Source of the DNA: Podarcis pityusensis
Lineage: Eukaryota
Direction: 5' to 3' (one strand)
Assembly: GCA_964106645.2 (NCBI GenBank)
Contig: OZ067039.1
Length of the DNA stretch: 64,000 nt
This document shows positions 23,901 to 38,400 of this stretch, piece after piece. Under the pieces are notes generated by a model. It worked only from the letters and a program-made list of their open reading frames with translations, had not been told where the DNA came from and did not search any database. Position 1 is the stretch's first letter. The number at the start of each line of letters is the position of its first letter. A program made the position numbers and the translations under genes.

Positions 23901-26900
23901 GATTTTTGCAGGAAGCTCATCAAAAAGCATACATTTTTACAACAAACAAACCTGCTTTTCCTTGTTTCAAAGAGAGCATCAAAATACAAGAAAAACAATA
24001 GATTTCATTTAAATACAACTGAAATAAAAGCAATAACTAGATAACTAGTTAACATAACATAACTAGATCAAAAAGGTGAAACTCAACACTTGGTACAATG
24101 CTTGAATGAATAGGCTGGTGTTGAAACTCCATCAGTGCTGGTACAACTTGCATCTGAGAGGGTAGGGCATTCCAAAGTCAGGAGTCACTAATGAGAACAT
24201 CTATCTTGTACTGCCATCTAATACCGTATTTAGGCAAATCTAATGCACAATCGAATCTAAGGTGCACCTCAAATTTCAAAACCTTGAAACCAAAAAAGCA
24301 TTTGCTAGCGAATGCAAATATGCCATCAAATCTAACGCGTACCCTAATTTTCACAGTGCAATTTGGCCAGAAATGGTGTGCATTACATTTGAGTAAATAT
24401 GGCACCTCTCATATTCCATGGTATTGTAAAGACCACTCTACTGCTGACTAGCAGAGGGTATACACTAGCTAGTTTGATTCAGAATTGTGTTTGACAAACC
24501 AAACTATTGCACCCCCCGTCCACCAAAATAAGAAAATAGCTTAAGTAATTCCAATACAGATGGAGGCCAACAGGGCTGGATGGAAGGACACACACAGACA
24601 CACCCTGAATCCCAACACAAAGTGGATTTCAATCTGAATTACCCTTTTATTGGAATACCCCTAAAATCAGATTGCTATATCAAATGCTATATATGAACAG
24701 TTGTTGTTTGCAAGAAATAACAACAAGGCAGGACAGATCCACTCTGTATAGAAGGGAGGCAGGTAGAATTTATGAGAAAAATCCCAACACGCCTGTTGAG
24801 GCGGAGAGACAATTATAGATTCATGACATCAACGCTAAAGAAAAACAAAATAAGGTTCAAATGGGAATTCCCAGAGGGACTGTCATTTACATATAAAGAC
24901 AGGAGGAGATCCTTCAGATCAGTAGAAGATACAAAAATGTTCTGGAGGAAGTACTGGGAGGAATTGGGAGGAGAAAAACTGGTAGAGTGAAGCAAGAAGG
25001 ACAAGACCAAAACTTTTATTTCCTTTTCAACGTGACCTTAGGACAATAGCATAATCTGGACTATAACTACATAATAACAGTAAAGTTGTGAGTATTTTAA
25101 ACAAATAAAGGATTATGAGACTGAAATGTATTTCATGGAATATTAATGGATTAAGCAGTAAATTTCGGAGAAACGATTAGAATGTATATTAAAGAAGAAA
25201 AAATGGGATGTCATATGTATACAAGAAACACATATACCCAAAACTCATGTAAGGGTGTTAAAAAATACGAGACTAGGACAGGAATATATAGCATCTGGAA
25301 TGGAAAGAAAAAGGGGAGTGGTCATCTATGTAAATACAATGTTGAAATCCCAAATGTTATTCCAAGATGATGAAGGTAGAGTACTTGGGGTAGAAATACA
25401 AACAAAAGAAGGAAAAATCATAGTGGTGGGAATATATGCTCCGAATAACAAAAAGGATGAATTTTATAGAAAATTGGAAGAGAGAATATGGGATTATGTG
25501 GATGAAAATATAGTAATTATGGGAGATTTTAATGGAGTAGCATTGATAGAAATGGACAGAACGCAAAGAGAGAAAACGTCAAGTTCAGGTAGATTACCAC
25601 TCTCCTTTTTCCATTTAATTAAGAATTTTAATTTATATGATGCCTGGAGAACAAAAAACCCAAGTGTTAAAGATATAACCCATTACTCAGAGGCAAAAAA
25701 ATCTGGGGGACGAATCGACGCAATATGGCTAACAAAAAAGCTGATGTTAAGTTTAGAAAAAGCAGAAATACTAAACAGATCGATATCAGATCATAATCCG
25801 GTATCGGTAATAATGAAATTTCAAAATCATACTAAGGGAAGGTGGAAAATGAACGAGGAGGTATGGAGAGATGATCAAAGGGTTAAAAGGGCAAAGGAAA
25901 TATTGAAAGAATTTTATGAAATAAATGAAAATCAGGATACGGATAAAAAAATGATTTGGGAAGCGAGCAAAGCCTATATGAGAGGGTTTGTAATACAACA
26001 AATGGGAAAGATAAGGAGAAATAAAGATAATAATATTATGGAAATAAATAAACAAATAAGAGAAAGAAAAAGACCTAGTGAAAAACCCAAAGAATGAAAA
26101 TATCCTCCAACAAATAAAGAATTTACAAGCCCACCAATCAAATTTAATAAATAGGGAAGTAGAGAAAAAAATTATATGGACGAAACAAAGATATTTTGAA
26201 CAGGCAAATAAACCGAGTAGGATGCTGGCATGGTTTATCAAAGAAAGACAGGTAGAAAGAGTAATAAATAGAATTATTGATGAAGAAAAGGAAATCATTG
26301 ACCCAAAACAAATTAAAGAAAGTTTTATAAAATATTACAAAAATTTATATAAAGTAGAATTAAAAGAGGAAAAGAAAATTCAAAAATACCTATCAGAAAA
26401 TAGACTGCCAGATATAGAAGAAGAATATGCAATATTAAATTCAAATATTGAACTTGAAGAAATTAAAAAAGTGATTAAAAATATGAAGGAGGGGAAATCG
26501 CCTGGACCAGACAGAATCTCAGTAACATATTATAAAAAATTAGAGGAAATAATAACACCAAAATTGCAATTAATTATGAATGAAATTTTAGACAAAGGAG
26601 AAATACCTAACTCATGGCAAGAAGCATTAATAACCTTTATCCCAAAGCAAGGTACAGATTTGAGACTTATAAAAAACTACAGGCCAATATCTTTATTGAA
26701 TATAGACTATAAAATATTTACTGGAGTCCTTGCAAATAGAATGAAAACTCTGCTAAAAAGGATAATTAAAAAAGATCAGGCAGGATTTTTACCAGCCAGA
26801 CAAATAAAGGACAACCCTAGAATAATTATAGACTTAATAGAATATGCCGAAATGAATCCAAGTAAAGAAATTTCAATGCTTTCAGTAGACGCTGAAAAGG

Positions 26901-29900
26901 CATTTGACAGTGTCTCTTGGAAATTTATGATCAAAACATGTGAAAGCTTAAATTTAGGTAAAAGATTCATGAATGGAATTCAAGCAATCTACAAAAAACA
27001 AACAGCTAAATTAATTCTAAACAATGAAATTACAGAAGAATTCGACATCGAGAGAGGGACGCGACAGGGATGTCCTTTATCCCCACTCCTATTTATAACA
27101 ATATTAGAAACTCTATTAATAGCTCTGAGAAAGGATGAAGAAATAAAGGGCATATGTCTTGGGACACAGTGTTATAAAGTAAGAGCATTTGCAGATGATG
27201 TGATCATTACAACTGAAACACCAAAAGAAAGTATAAATAAAGCATTGGAAAGAATGAAAGAATTTGGTGAAGTAGCAGGATTCAAATTGAACAAAGATAA
27301 ATTGAAATTGATAACTAAAAATATAGGCGAGAAAGGAAAAAAGGAATTAGAAGAAATAACAGGACTAAAAATAAAAAATAAAGTGAACTACTTAGGGATA
27401 TGGATTACAAATAAAAATGCAAATTTATTTAAGGATAATTATATTAAAAAATGGAAAGAAATTAAAGGAAGCATGGAGAAATGGGGAAAATTAAAACTAT
27501 CATTAGGAGGAAGAATATCTATGATTAAAATGATGATACTCCCCAAAATTCTATTTTTATTCCAAACGATTCCAATTGTAATAGGAACTAAATATTTTAT
27601 AAGCTGGCAAAGAGACCTTGCAAATTTTATATGGCAGTGGGAAAAAGCAAGGATAAAATCAGAAGTAATGATGGGCCCAAAAGAAAGTGGAGGATTCGCA
27701 GTGCCAGATTTAAGGAAGTATTTTGAGGCAGCGTGTTGGTGATAGATAAAAAAATGGATATTATTAAAAGATAATGAAGTCCTAACATTAGAGGGCTGGG
27801 ACAAAATATATGGATGGCACGGCTACTTATTCTATGATAAAAAAGAACAACACAAAAAAATTACAAACCACATAGTAAGAAAGGCTCTATTGGATGTATG
27901 GGAAAGAACAAAAGGAAAAATTATTGAGAAAACTCCCCAATGGGTTTCGCCAGTGGAAGCAACTACAACATTAAAGAGTAATGTAAAAGAGACTTGGCCA
28001 ACGTATAGGGAAATATTAGAGGATGCAGACGGAAATATTAAATTAAAAACTTACAAACAATTACAAACATTTAGAATAAATTGGTTACAATATTATCAAT
28101 TAAAAGCAACTTATGAAAAAGACATAAAAAGGGGAGGATTTGAAAATAAAACCTCAAAATTAGAAAAGGAAATACTACAGAGCGATCAAAAAATACTTGT
28201 AAAAATGTATAGACTATTAACGAAAACCACCCTAGAACAAGAGATGAAAGGGGAAAGTTAAAATGGGAGCACGATTTGGGATATGAGATAGATCTGGAAA
28301 GATGGAAAACTTTTTGGGAGGAAAATATAAATTTTACTGCTTGTGATTTATTAAGGGAGAATTTCAGAAAAATGCACCACAGATGGTACCTAACCCCTGA
28401 CAGATTGTCAAAAATAAATAAAAGGAACAACGACAAATGTTGGAAATGTAACAGAACAAAAGGTACGTTATATCACATGTGGTGGACTTGCCCAAAGATT
28501 AAAATCTTTTGGGATATGATCCATGACGAAATAAAAAAATTGATAAGGACATCACATAAAAAAAAGGCAGAGGCATATTTATTAGGAATCTTAGATAAAG
28601 ATATCCCCAAAGAGAAAATTAACTTATTTCTATAAGCGACAACAGCGGCAAGAATTTTGATTGCTAACTATTGGAAAGAGGAAAGCATCCCAACAAAAAG
28701 AGAATGGTTGGGGAAACTTTGCGAGTACCTGGAATTAGCAAAATTGACAGATATAATAAGGAGAAAATCCAAACCTATGGTTATGAAGCAATGGCAGTGT
28801 TTAAATGATTATTTACAAAACCAGGGCTCAACTACAAAAATCTGGTTGTGTTTAGAATAATCTTGTGCGTAATATAAAAAATACAAAGTGAGACATTAAG
28901 GAAACCCAAAGGGAAAATATGAAGAACAGAGGCTCTGAAAAAGGGATTATTAAAAACGCGTGAGGTAAACGGTGGAAGTCGTTATTTTTCTTTTTTCTGT
29001 TTTTTTTTTTCTTTCAAAAGAAACAATTTATTTAAGGTAGATAAGGACAAGACGAAATTATACAATTGAATGTAAATATAGATGGGAAATGGCTATGTAT
29101 TGTGAGTGCTTATCTACTTGTAAAAAATTTTCATATATGATCTTTTCTTTTACTTTTTTATTCTTTCTTTGTTCCCTTTTTCTTTATTCTGATATCTTAC
29201 ATTTCATTTCACTGTGTTATCATGAATAGCATTTTATAGAGGTATAAATAACTGTAAATATGAAAAGAGACAAAATATTCTTTAATTCCTTTTCCTTGGA
29301 TAGATGTATTTGTTTTTCTCTTTTGTATTTTCTTTTGTTGTGAGTATGTATGTATTTTAACTTGTATTGAATAAAAATTTATTTAAAAAATTTAAAAAAC
29401 AGAAATAACAACAACCTATTTTCCAACTTTCAAAATAGTTCAGTTTCCTGAGCCCAGCTATGGTTGCCCATAACTAGTCTTAAGTCAGGTAGTGAGTGAT
29501 GTGGAATGAAATTTTAATCAAATGTATTGCCTCCTGCACACCAGACTTTTGAAACTACAGACAAAATTTATCACTGTTTTAGTTCACTGCAAACTTACCT
29601 CTGTTAGAGAAATGAGACACCCAATAAGAGGATATATTGGGATGAAGATAGAAAAGCACGTGTGAATTATAATTGCTATTGCGTACGACTGAATAAAAGC
29701 TACATCAATAACAATAACACAAATCAAGGCTACCTGAAAAGGGAAAAGAAATAAAGATGATTAAAATAAAATTAGAGCACCATTTGATTTCTTTTTATCC
29801 ATCTTTAAAAAATGTTGTAGCATTCATTTGCATGTGGGCTACTGAAAAACCAGCTGTATAGATTGCTTTTGCTAAGAAAGCAAAAAGTAATATCCAGAAT

Positions 29901-32900
29901 AAAAGGAACAGTAAATAGCGCCTAAGAGACAAATAATTAATCCTGCAAAGTTTGGTTTCATGCTGCATGCACATGCTGTACAGCAAACTATGCACTTGCA
30001 GGACTGAGCTACAACCCAAATGAGAAAAAAAAGACATATAATTATTTCTTAAATATAAGTCAATCAAAATACTAAATTGCATTAACTAGGAAAGATGTAT
30101 CAAGTACTGCACTTTTACTTACTGTTGAAAAAATTAATGACCAAAATTCTTTGGTGTTTTGTATTGTTTTGAAGGTGAAAGAGACAACATAATGAAACAG
30201 AATTACTGATGGAACGTAGCCAATAAGGCACAAAACCTGCAGGGAGGAAATTAAATTTGAGTTATGCATAACATGAAAACACAACAAAATGATTAAGAAC
30301 ACAGAATACAATCTGTCACCTTTCCAAACTTTTAGAAGACATCTGAAGGCAGCCCTGTTTAGGAAAGCTTTTAATGTTTAATAGGTTATTGTATTTTAGT
30401 GTTTTGTTGGAAGCTGCCCAGAGCGGCTGGGGAAACCTAGCCAGATGGGCGGGGTATAAATAAATTATTATTATTATTATTATTACCCTGCAATGTTTTG
30501 CAAATGAAATCAGGGGTCATATTTTTAATACAAAAACACAAAAGGAAATACAAAGACTCCCTTAATTATTGCACATTGTTGAAAGTTTTTCACTACCTGC
30601 AGTGTGCTGTACTCATTTACAGTGTTACCACCTGCTCCTATGCCAATTTAAAAGCCAAAAGGTTGATGGTTCTTTGGGTTAAAAGTAGAGCAGAAAAACA
30701 TAAGTATACGACATTATTTATTGCAGGATGTTTGAAATACACTTCAGTGAGTGCAGCATGTAAAATGGCAGGCAATGCCATTACGCAGGCAAGTTCTGCT
30801 TTATGTTCACTTTGCCGCTCTGTTGATTTTAGTAATTATGTGGCTTGTGGCTTGCTGTACTCTGTAAGATGCTTTGGGAACCTCCAAGTTGAATACAGTG
30901 TTATTCTGCTTTTGTAATAAATAAAATAAAATGGTGCCGTGGGGAAGAATCTTTACTAGGGCTGAAGAATGGCAGATTTGCCATCACATCCGCAGTTCTG
31001 CTGGCTCCTGCCTAGCTGGGCAGTTAATTTTTATTCTTTGTGGATGGTGCAGCAAAGAGTCCCGGATCGGTTCCTCCAAGGGAAACAGACTGATTTTTGA
31101 TCCAGTGGCTCTATCACTGGCCCTATTCTTCCCTTCCAAGGTTCCAGGTATTCCTCCCAGCAGGAGTTTAGTAATTCCTGCCCGCACCTTCAACAGGTGC
31201 AGTGGGGTTTTCCATGGCAACACAGTTCCTTCCTGCCATCGGGAAATCTTTTCTGAATCCTAATGGATTTCTGTTGTTGAGGTGACGCCAATAAGGGGAG
31301 CAAGGAACGGATAAAAGTATCTGGAAGAAAACAAAACTTACCACAGCAAGAGCCTCCTCAGGGAAAAAAATAATCCCATGGTGAACTATGAACAAGATTC
31401 CAACCATCAGGAGGAGAATTATGTAATATAAAAGAATGTCAACTAGTGCTTGCCCACACCAGTAAGCAGATGGATAAAGACCTGATAACTTAAGTTGAGT
31501 ATAGGCTTTGATCTGCAAAGGTGCAAAAAATAAATGAAAATCTAGGTCAAATATGGGGAATGGCAGGAAATCCAGCAATTGTACTTTTGCTTTTGATAAT
31601 ATGATCTGGAATGAACTATTTAAAAAAAAATACAGTACAAAACATTCTATGGGCTCACCCACACTTCTTGTACTTTATAGATATGGGTCTGAGTAGCTTT
31701 CGCTTTGGTTTGCCACTTTCCCCAGGAAAACCCACTCTTCAGCACTAAATCAGATCAAACAGCAACCAGATTTTCTGCAGATCGCTATTTGTTCTGATTC
31801 GGTGCTCAACTGTGGGTTTTCCTGGAGGAAAGTGGTGGACAAATGGAAGTGTGATTGAGCCTTCGGCCACTAGCTTATCTGTAGGGCTGGAACATACGGT
31901 TTTCTAGAAGAAAAGCATTGGGAACATACATCAAGAGTCCTTCTAATTTAATTGATACAAGACACCTCAAACACCCCTAACTGATAAATGAACCAAGATG
32001 GAGGAAGAACATATCCTATTAAGAAAATTAACTAGGGAGCAGCTCAAAGAAAAGTACAGCAATGGCAGAGAGTCCTGCACACCAGGGAGTACTTACCTCC
32101 CGAAATTTCATGGGTGAAAATAGGGACATTCCTGTACAGGAGTGGGTAGGGCTAAGGGCGGAGTCCAGCAGCTCAGCAGTGTGGTTTGGCAGACAATAGC
32201 AGGGCCAACACAATCCAGAGTCAAACGTGCCACAAGGAGAAAGCAGGAACTAATATGCATGCAAGGAGATGGCTCCAGCTGGCAAAAGCAGGGAGGCAAG
32301 CCACAGGCTACAAGGCAAATCAAATGCATAACACACACACACATATATATGCACTATATTTCATTTATATCATCTAGAGGACATTAGTCCTGTTTTACAG
32401 TGGGGCACAACAGTGAGTACCTAGCCCAAGATCAGCCACTGAAGATAATATTAAAGCAACAAACAAAGGTAATGCCTGCAGCCTCCCAACCAGAGACACT
32501 GGAATTAAGAAGCTTTATTTATTCTTTTTCATCCTATATGGCTGGCAGCACAACATGGGATCAATAGGCCATTGCCTGCACAGTCCTAGTTAGGAATATT
32601 GAGGTCAAATGCAATTAGATTATTTTTTTAAAAAAGGATAAGCAGCATTTAGCCAAAATATATACTCCCATTTAGACTCTGATGTCTACTCTGAAGTTAA
32701 TCCCATATAATTCCATGTGGTTTACTCCCAAGTAAATGTAATGAATAAAGAAGTTGCAACCGCAGTTACTATAGCTGTGGTTTTCAGAGAGCCAGAGGTT
32801 GGGATCCAAAAAGCCATTTGTGAAAGGAGAAAACGTTTGTTAATTTTTTGTGGGCAAGCTAGCAGAAGACTTCTCAACAGTGTACAACACCACAATATAT

Positions 32901-35383
32901 CGGGAGTTGTGTTATACTACAAGAAACATGGTGTGTAAGGAAGATACAGGCTTTTGGATCACTTCCATCTAAATAATTACTTTTATGCCAGTTTCTTTGT
33001 AAGTAGTGAAACAAGCAGTTATGTAAGCATCTGCAGAGAATATATGAAAGTTTGACTGGAAGTTTTAAAATTTGTGTTTACTCTCTGAACTTAAGGTTTG
33101 GTCAACATAGGCATACATGGAGCAAAAAAAGAAAAACAAGACACATAGAAAAGAAAAAGAAAAGAAACATAGTTACATCATTAAAATTAAGAGAGCAGGT
33201 GTGGTTTTTTCCCCTGAGACTGAATAATGGGACAGTTTGGGTGGTAGTAGCAAATACGTAGTTTGAGGAAGAAAAAGCAAAATGACTCTTGATTGGTAAA
33301 ATGAAAGTTCACTAGAATGATCTGCAATTTCCACCTGAGTCCTAGTGTGGCAATGAATATGAACCAGAATATCCTGCTAATCAAACCCAATAAATAAGCT
33401 CTTTAGAATGCAGCATGACAACCAGCCCAAGTTATGACAGCATGGTATCAATTAGCTGAACAATACTACAGTCATATCTCTGGTTACAGACGCTTCAGGT
33501 TTTGTTTTTTTCAGGTTACGGACTGCCAAAACCCGGAAGTACTGGAACTGGTTACTTCCGGGTTCTGGCAGTCGCATCTGCGCAGAAGCGCCGAATTGCA
33601 TCCCGCGCGATTGAACAGAGGAGTTATAAATATTGCTGCTATTTCCTTATTCTATTTGAACACTTTTACGTACAACCATATCTGCCCTGAATTGATTCAC
33701 TACAATGTATGAAATCAGTTAAAATAAGTTATGATGCCAAATAGGTGGCAAGGGAATAACTATGGTGACTCCTGATATTCCCTCTGAGGAATTTGGTCTG
33801 AGGAATCACTGTGTTGAACCAATGTACAGGACATTTCACATTGCTTTTTTAAAAAAAGTATGTTCTAATACAAAGTTACCCTGTGGTTTTCTGCATTGTC
33901 CATGGAAAAATATGATGGCAATCCAGTTATTGTGACTCCTACTGTCAAAGCTTGAACAACCAGCACCATTATGAAACCTCTGTCAGTAATTTTCTGCAAA
34001 ATAACAGATTGCAATATTAGAATACAAAGGGGAAAAAACCCAAGGTGAAATATAATTTTAAGGGTTTTTTTTGGGGGGGGTGTCTAACTGTGGTTTGATA
34101 AATCAGTCTGTTTTTGCTATATTTAGTTTAAAGGTTTTTGCATTTTTAATTCTTTTGAAAGACAGTACAATAAAAGTTTGAAAACTAATACTAATAAATA
34201 AATCTGTTTTGCAGCCTGACTAGGACTGCAAAACAGGGAATACCTGGGAGACCACAACACATGGCAATTAAGACGTGTTTGGTTTTGGAGATCACAAGTC
34301 ATGCAATCCAATGTACACAAAGGCCAACTTGTCACAAATTGGAATGCAACTTCATTTTACAAGAACTTTTTTTGGACTTTGCATTTACTCACTTGGAAGA
34401 ACGAACTACTCCAGACATGGATGTTTTCTGTGACATTTAAATTGTGCAGATACAGATTGCTAATGATATTCATCATAACTGGTAAAGAGTGTTTCATGGT
34501 GCAGTTAAAAGCAGCTGTAAAGATGTAGTTCTGAAAACAACAACAACAAGAAGAGCATAATCAGCGACAAATCTCTAGTGCCACCGTTCCTTCCCCCTAG
34601 CACTTTATGTGCTGCTGGAACAACACCAGGGCAGTCTGGGAGAAAGGAAATGACATGTGAGCTATTAAAGAAAACTCTGTGAGCTTTGATCTTGCCACTG
34701 CTGCTGCCACCAAGGCTGAAAGTGAGGAAAAAGGAAAAAGACCTATCGCCCTGTTTCTAAGTCGAGTTCCCTCTTCAAATTTCAAAACCTCCCCTATCCC
34801 ACTTGGGGAAAAAATTCATTTTGCACCCCAACTCCCTGCCAGCAAACAGAACCAATGCCCACATAGACCCAATATATTTAACCTGCATTTCTTCTCACCT
34901 TGCCCGCATGAGATACATTTAATGCTCCATTGTGGGGAGCAACTGATACATAATCACTGCCATTGAATATTTCTGTGTGTACATACTGGCTTATAAGAGA
35001 GCTGATGATGTCATCAATGTCTGATCCTAGGTTGAGACAATAAAGAAAGTTGAAAGGTTAGTCTCACAGGCACAAAGATTCCTTGCATGCAAAGAGTTTC
35101 CCCATTCCCTGCTATGCCAAAGATACATATTATTATTGAACATTTAGAGTTAGCACTGGTATTGCAGCAAACAAGAAGGCTCATGTTCTCCAGAAGTCCC
35201 GTATAAACATCAAAATAGAGTTTTAGGGTGAATTCCAATTAAGTCATACTCAGACCCAACACATTGAAATAAATGAAAGTTAATTATTTGAGTGGGTCTG
35301 CTTTGTGCATGACGGAGATCAATACTCTTGAAGCACTGACAATATGTGTATATATTATCTCTCTCTCTCTCTCTCTCTCTCTC

Positions 35384-35421
<38 letters not shown>

Positions 35422-38400
35422 GAACTGTGCTGTCATGTAATCACTATAATTATGAAATAATGTTGCTTATTTTATTGATCTATTTTAAAATATTTATACC
35501 CTGCCCATTAACTGATGCTGCTGTAAAGCTTTCAGCTTTTTGGTAAAAAATCAAACTATTTAAAGTCTGTTCCATGAAGTTGGCCAGATACAATTCTAGA
35601 AACATATCTTTAAATTCAATTTGTGATTGAATGGGGTGGGGGAATCAAACCAGACTTGCCAGAGGGCTGATTTTTCTACCTGTCTTCAAGCTAACCATTC
35701 ATTACACTGATTGCTGTTAAACTTAATTACACTTTTAATTTATTCCTACTGTATGTCATACAGTAAAAATAAAATAAAATAATGAAATGCCAGATGGTGA
35801 AATGAATAAAAGCAAATAAATTGAAAAGTAACTTACCAGTGAAGTTCTGAACAAGGAGACTGCTTTTGTATTTATGATGAGTTTCATTTGGTTTAAGAAA
35901 GTATAAGTCTGGAGAAAACGTAACAGGAACCACTGCATTTTTGAAGTATTGCCGATACATATTGAACATATAAATCTCAACACCAAGGAACACTGTTAAT
36001 AGCAAAAACCTGAAATAAGAAGAAAAAAGTACACGTAAAGCTGGTACAAATTAGTGTAAAGAATGGTGACCTTTAGAGCAGAGGTAGACTGAATAGCCAT
36101 CATCCATAGTATTTCTTTATTTAATTTAACACAATCTGTATGCTTTTTAATTTTTGTAAAACCACTAAGTGATTTTGCATTGTTTTACTGGAAACACCAA
36201 TCTGTCTTAAGTTTATTCAATACAAAACACATATTCAAAATAACTTGAGGATGACAAGCATGTACTCTTTCGCAGTAACAAAGGAAAGGACCTTGCTAGA
36301 TCAGAACCAGGTTGACCTGCTCAAGCATTCTCTGGAAGAATACCCTTAAAACTGTATCCACTGGTAAAATTGGCTGCAATCCCTGCTCTGGATGACAAGT
36401 CATTAAATAATGATTTCACTCATCCACATACTAAAAGTACAAGCCTGTAAACAGCTACACTGAGACAGCAGTCCTTGAGTATGATATCTAAGGCACCTTG
36501 TGTGGTATTTAAAAAGTTCAGAAAGGTTAAGGGGCAGGGAGTGTTATTGAAAAACTAGCATTATAGTCAGAGGGCTTATCCACACTTACCTTTTCCCTGC
36601 TCTTTTGAGGCACAGGTCTGTGCTTGTGTTTTATTTTTTATTTTGTCCTAGAGCTTTCCCCATGAAAACCCATTATTTAGTGCTCAAGCAGAGCCAATGT
36701 CAAATTGAGTTTTCCACACATTGACGCTTGCTCCAATGGAGCTTTAAAGAGCAGGTTTGCGTGGGGAAAGCTCCAGAGGATTAAAAACAAAAACGGTGCT
36801 CAGACCTGCAGCTTTAATGCACAGATCATGCCTTGAAAGAGAGGAAAGGTAAATGTGGATAAGCCCCCAGTCTCAAGCAATAGCAATCTGTCCCTCTTGG
36901 AGCATGACATGAATGCAATCACTTATTTTCCTTCCGTGGGCTCCTTCTCTTTTGGATCGTTAAAACATAAGACGGAAAAGTTTCCTGAAGTTCATGTGTA
37001 AGCCTTAGGTAAGAAAACTTGCAGCCAAATGTGATGTTTGATGATGCAATTTCTTTTCAAACACCTCTATCCTTGTAAATAATGTGCACAGATTGAAATT
37101 TACCACTTCCTCACTGGAACTTCTTTTCAAACATTTTTTCAGGATGTGGCAAGCTGCCCTCTTGAAGCGCATTAAGTATTCGCACAGATATTGCTGGCAA
37201 AGGTGAGGTGGGGCAGAAATAATCTAATATAATAAGGCTGAATGAACACACTTAAGCCCCAACTATCTCCAGGCTTCTCATTGGCACACTAGAACATTAT
37301 AGGGATTAGAAGGCATGCATACATCTCCCTTGTGTTTCTCAAGCATGCATGCACATATGTACGCTCTCTCTCTCTTTTCTGGATGCTAGCTATTTGAGAA
37401 AAAATTGAGCTATTTGGGAAAGATTGAGGGCACAAGGAGAAGGGGACGACAGAGGACGAGATGGTTGGACAGTGTTCTCAAAACTACCAGCATGAGTTTG
37501 ACCAAACTGCGGGAGGCAGTGGAAGACAGGAGTGCCTGGCGTGCTCTGGTCCATGGGGTCATGAAGAGTCGGATACGACTAAACAACAACAACAACAGCT
37601 ATTTGAGTCCCAAATTTAACTTGCACTAAGAGATAAGGGAAAACTACACAGACCTTCCACTCTCCACAATGATGCAGCGTGCTGCTTACATGTGTGCAGC
37701 ATAGGAAGCAACGAAGAGACTCAATAGCAATTCCTCCACGCACACACATGCTGTACTCACTATTTCCCTATCAGGTGCTGCAACACAAGGCGCCAATCTG
37801 AGATGCAGTCTTTGCTCTGGGCTGCGGTCTGTTTTAACCTTTTAACCTATTTCCGTTTCTGACTCTCATACATTTTGGACTAAGAAACAGAAAGCCAAGA
37901 TGCTTACACTTCCGTGAGTGATTTGATGTCACGTTTGAAATTAAGAAAATGAACTTTTGCCAGAGTAGAGACCTGTTTTTTCCAAAGAGACTTATTGCTT
38001 AGTACACACGATTTTGTCTCAGATAGCATTAGCAGGCTTTGCTCTAACTCATCCATAGATTTTGCATCCATTTCATCTTCAGCTTGCTCCGAGTTAAATG
38101 CACTGAAATCTAAGGAGGGTAACAGGTTAGGCAACTTAGAATTTATCCCCCACCACCAAATCATTGTTCTGTAATGTACTACAGGAAGTACTGTCATTGA
38201 TTCTCACCTGTGTGGTTAATTTCAGCTTCAACTTCCAGCTTGAGGAACACATCCTCCAAGGTAGTCATGGAAACGCCGTAAGAAATAACACCCAAATGGG
38301 AATGCATGTCTAGATCAGCAAACAGTGCTAGAAGAAGAAGAAGCAGGAATAGATGTGGTAATAGTAGCAACAGCAACAGCAGCAGCCACTGCCGAGCTAC

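Noticed and set aside
38328-38392. CAG-like repeat as a coding poly-Q/poly-L tract
   Set aside because: It lies in the intron upstream of the acceptor at 38327 and forms part of the pyrimidine tract.
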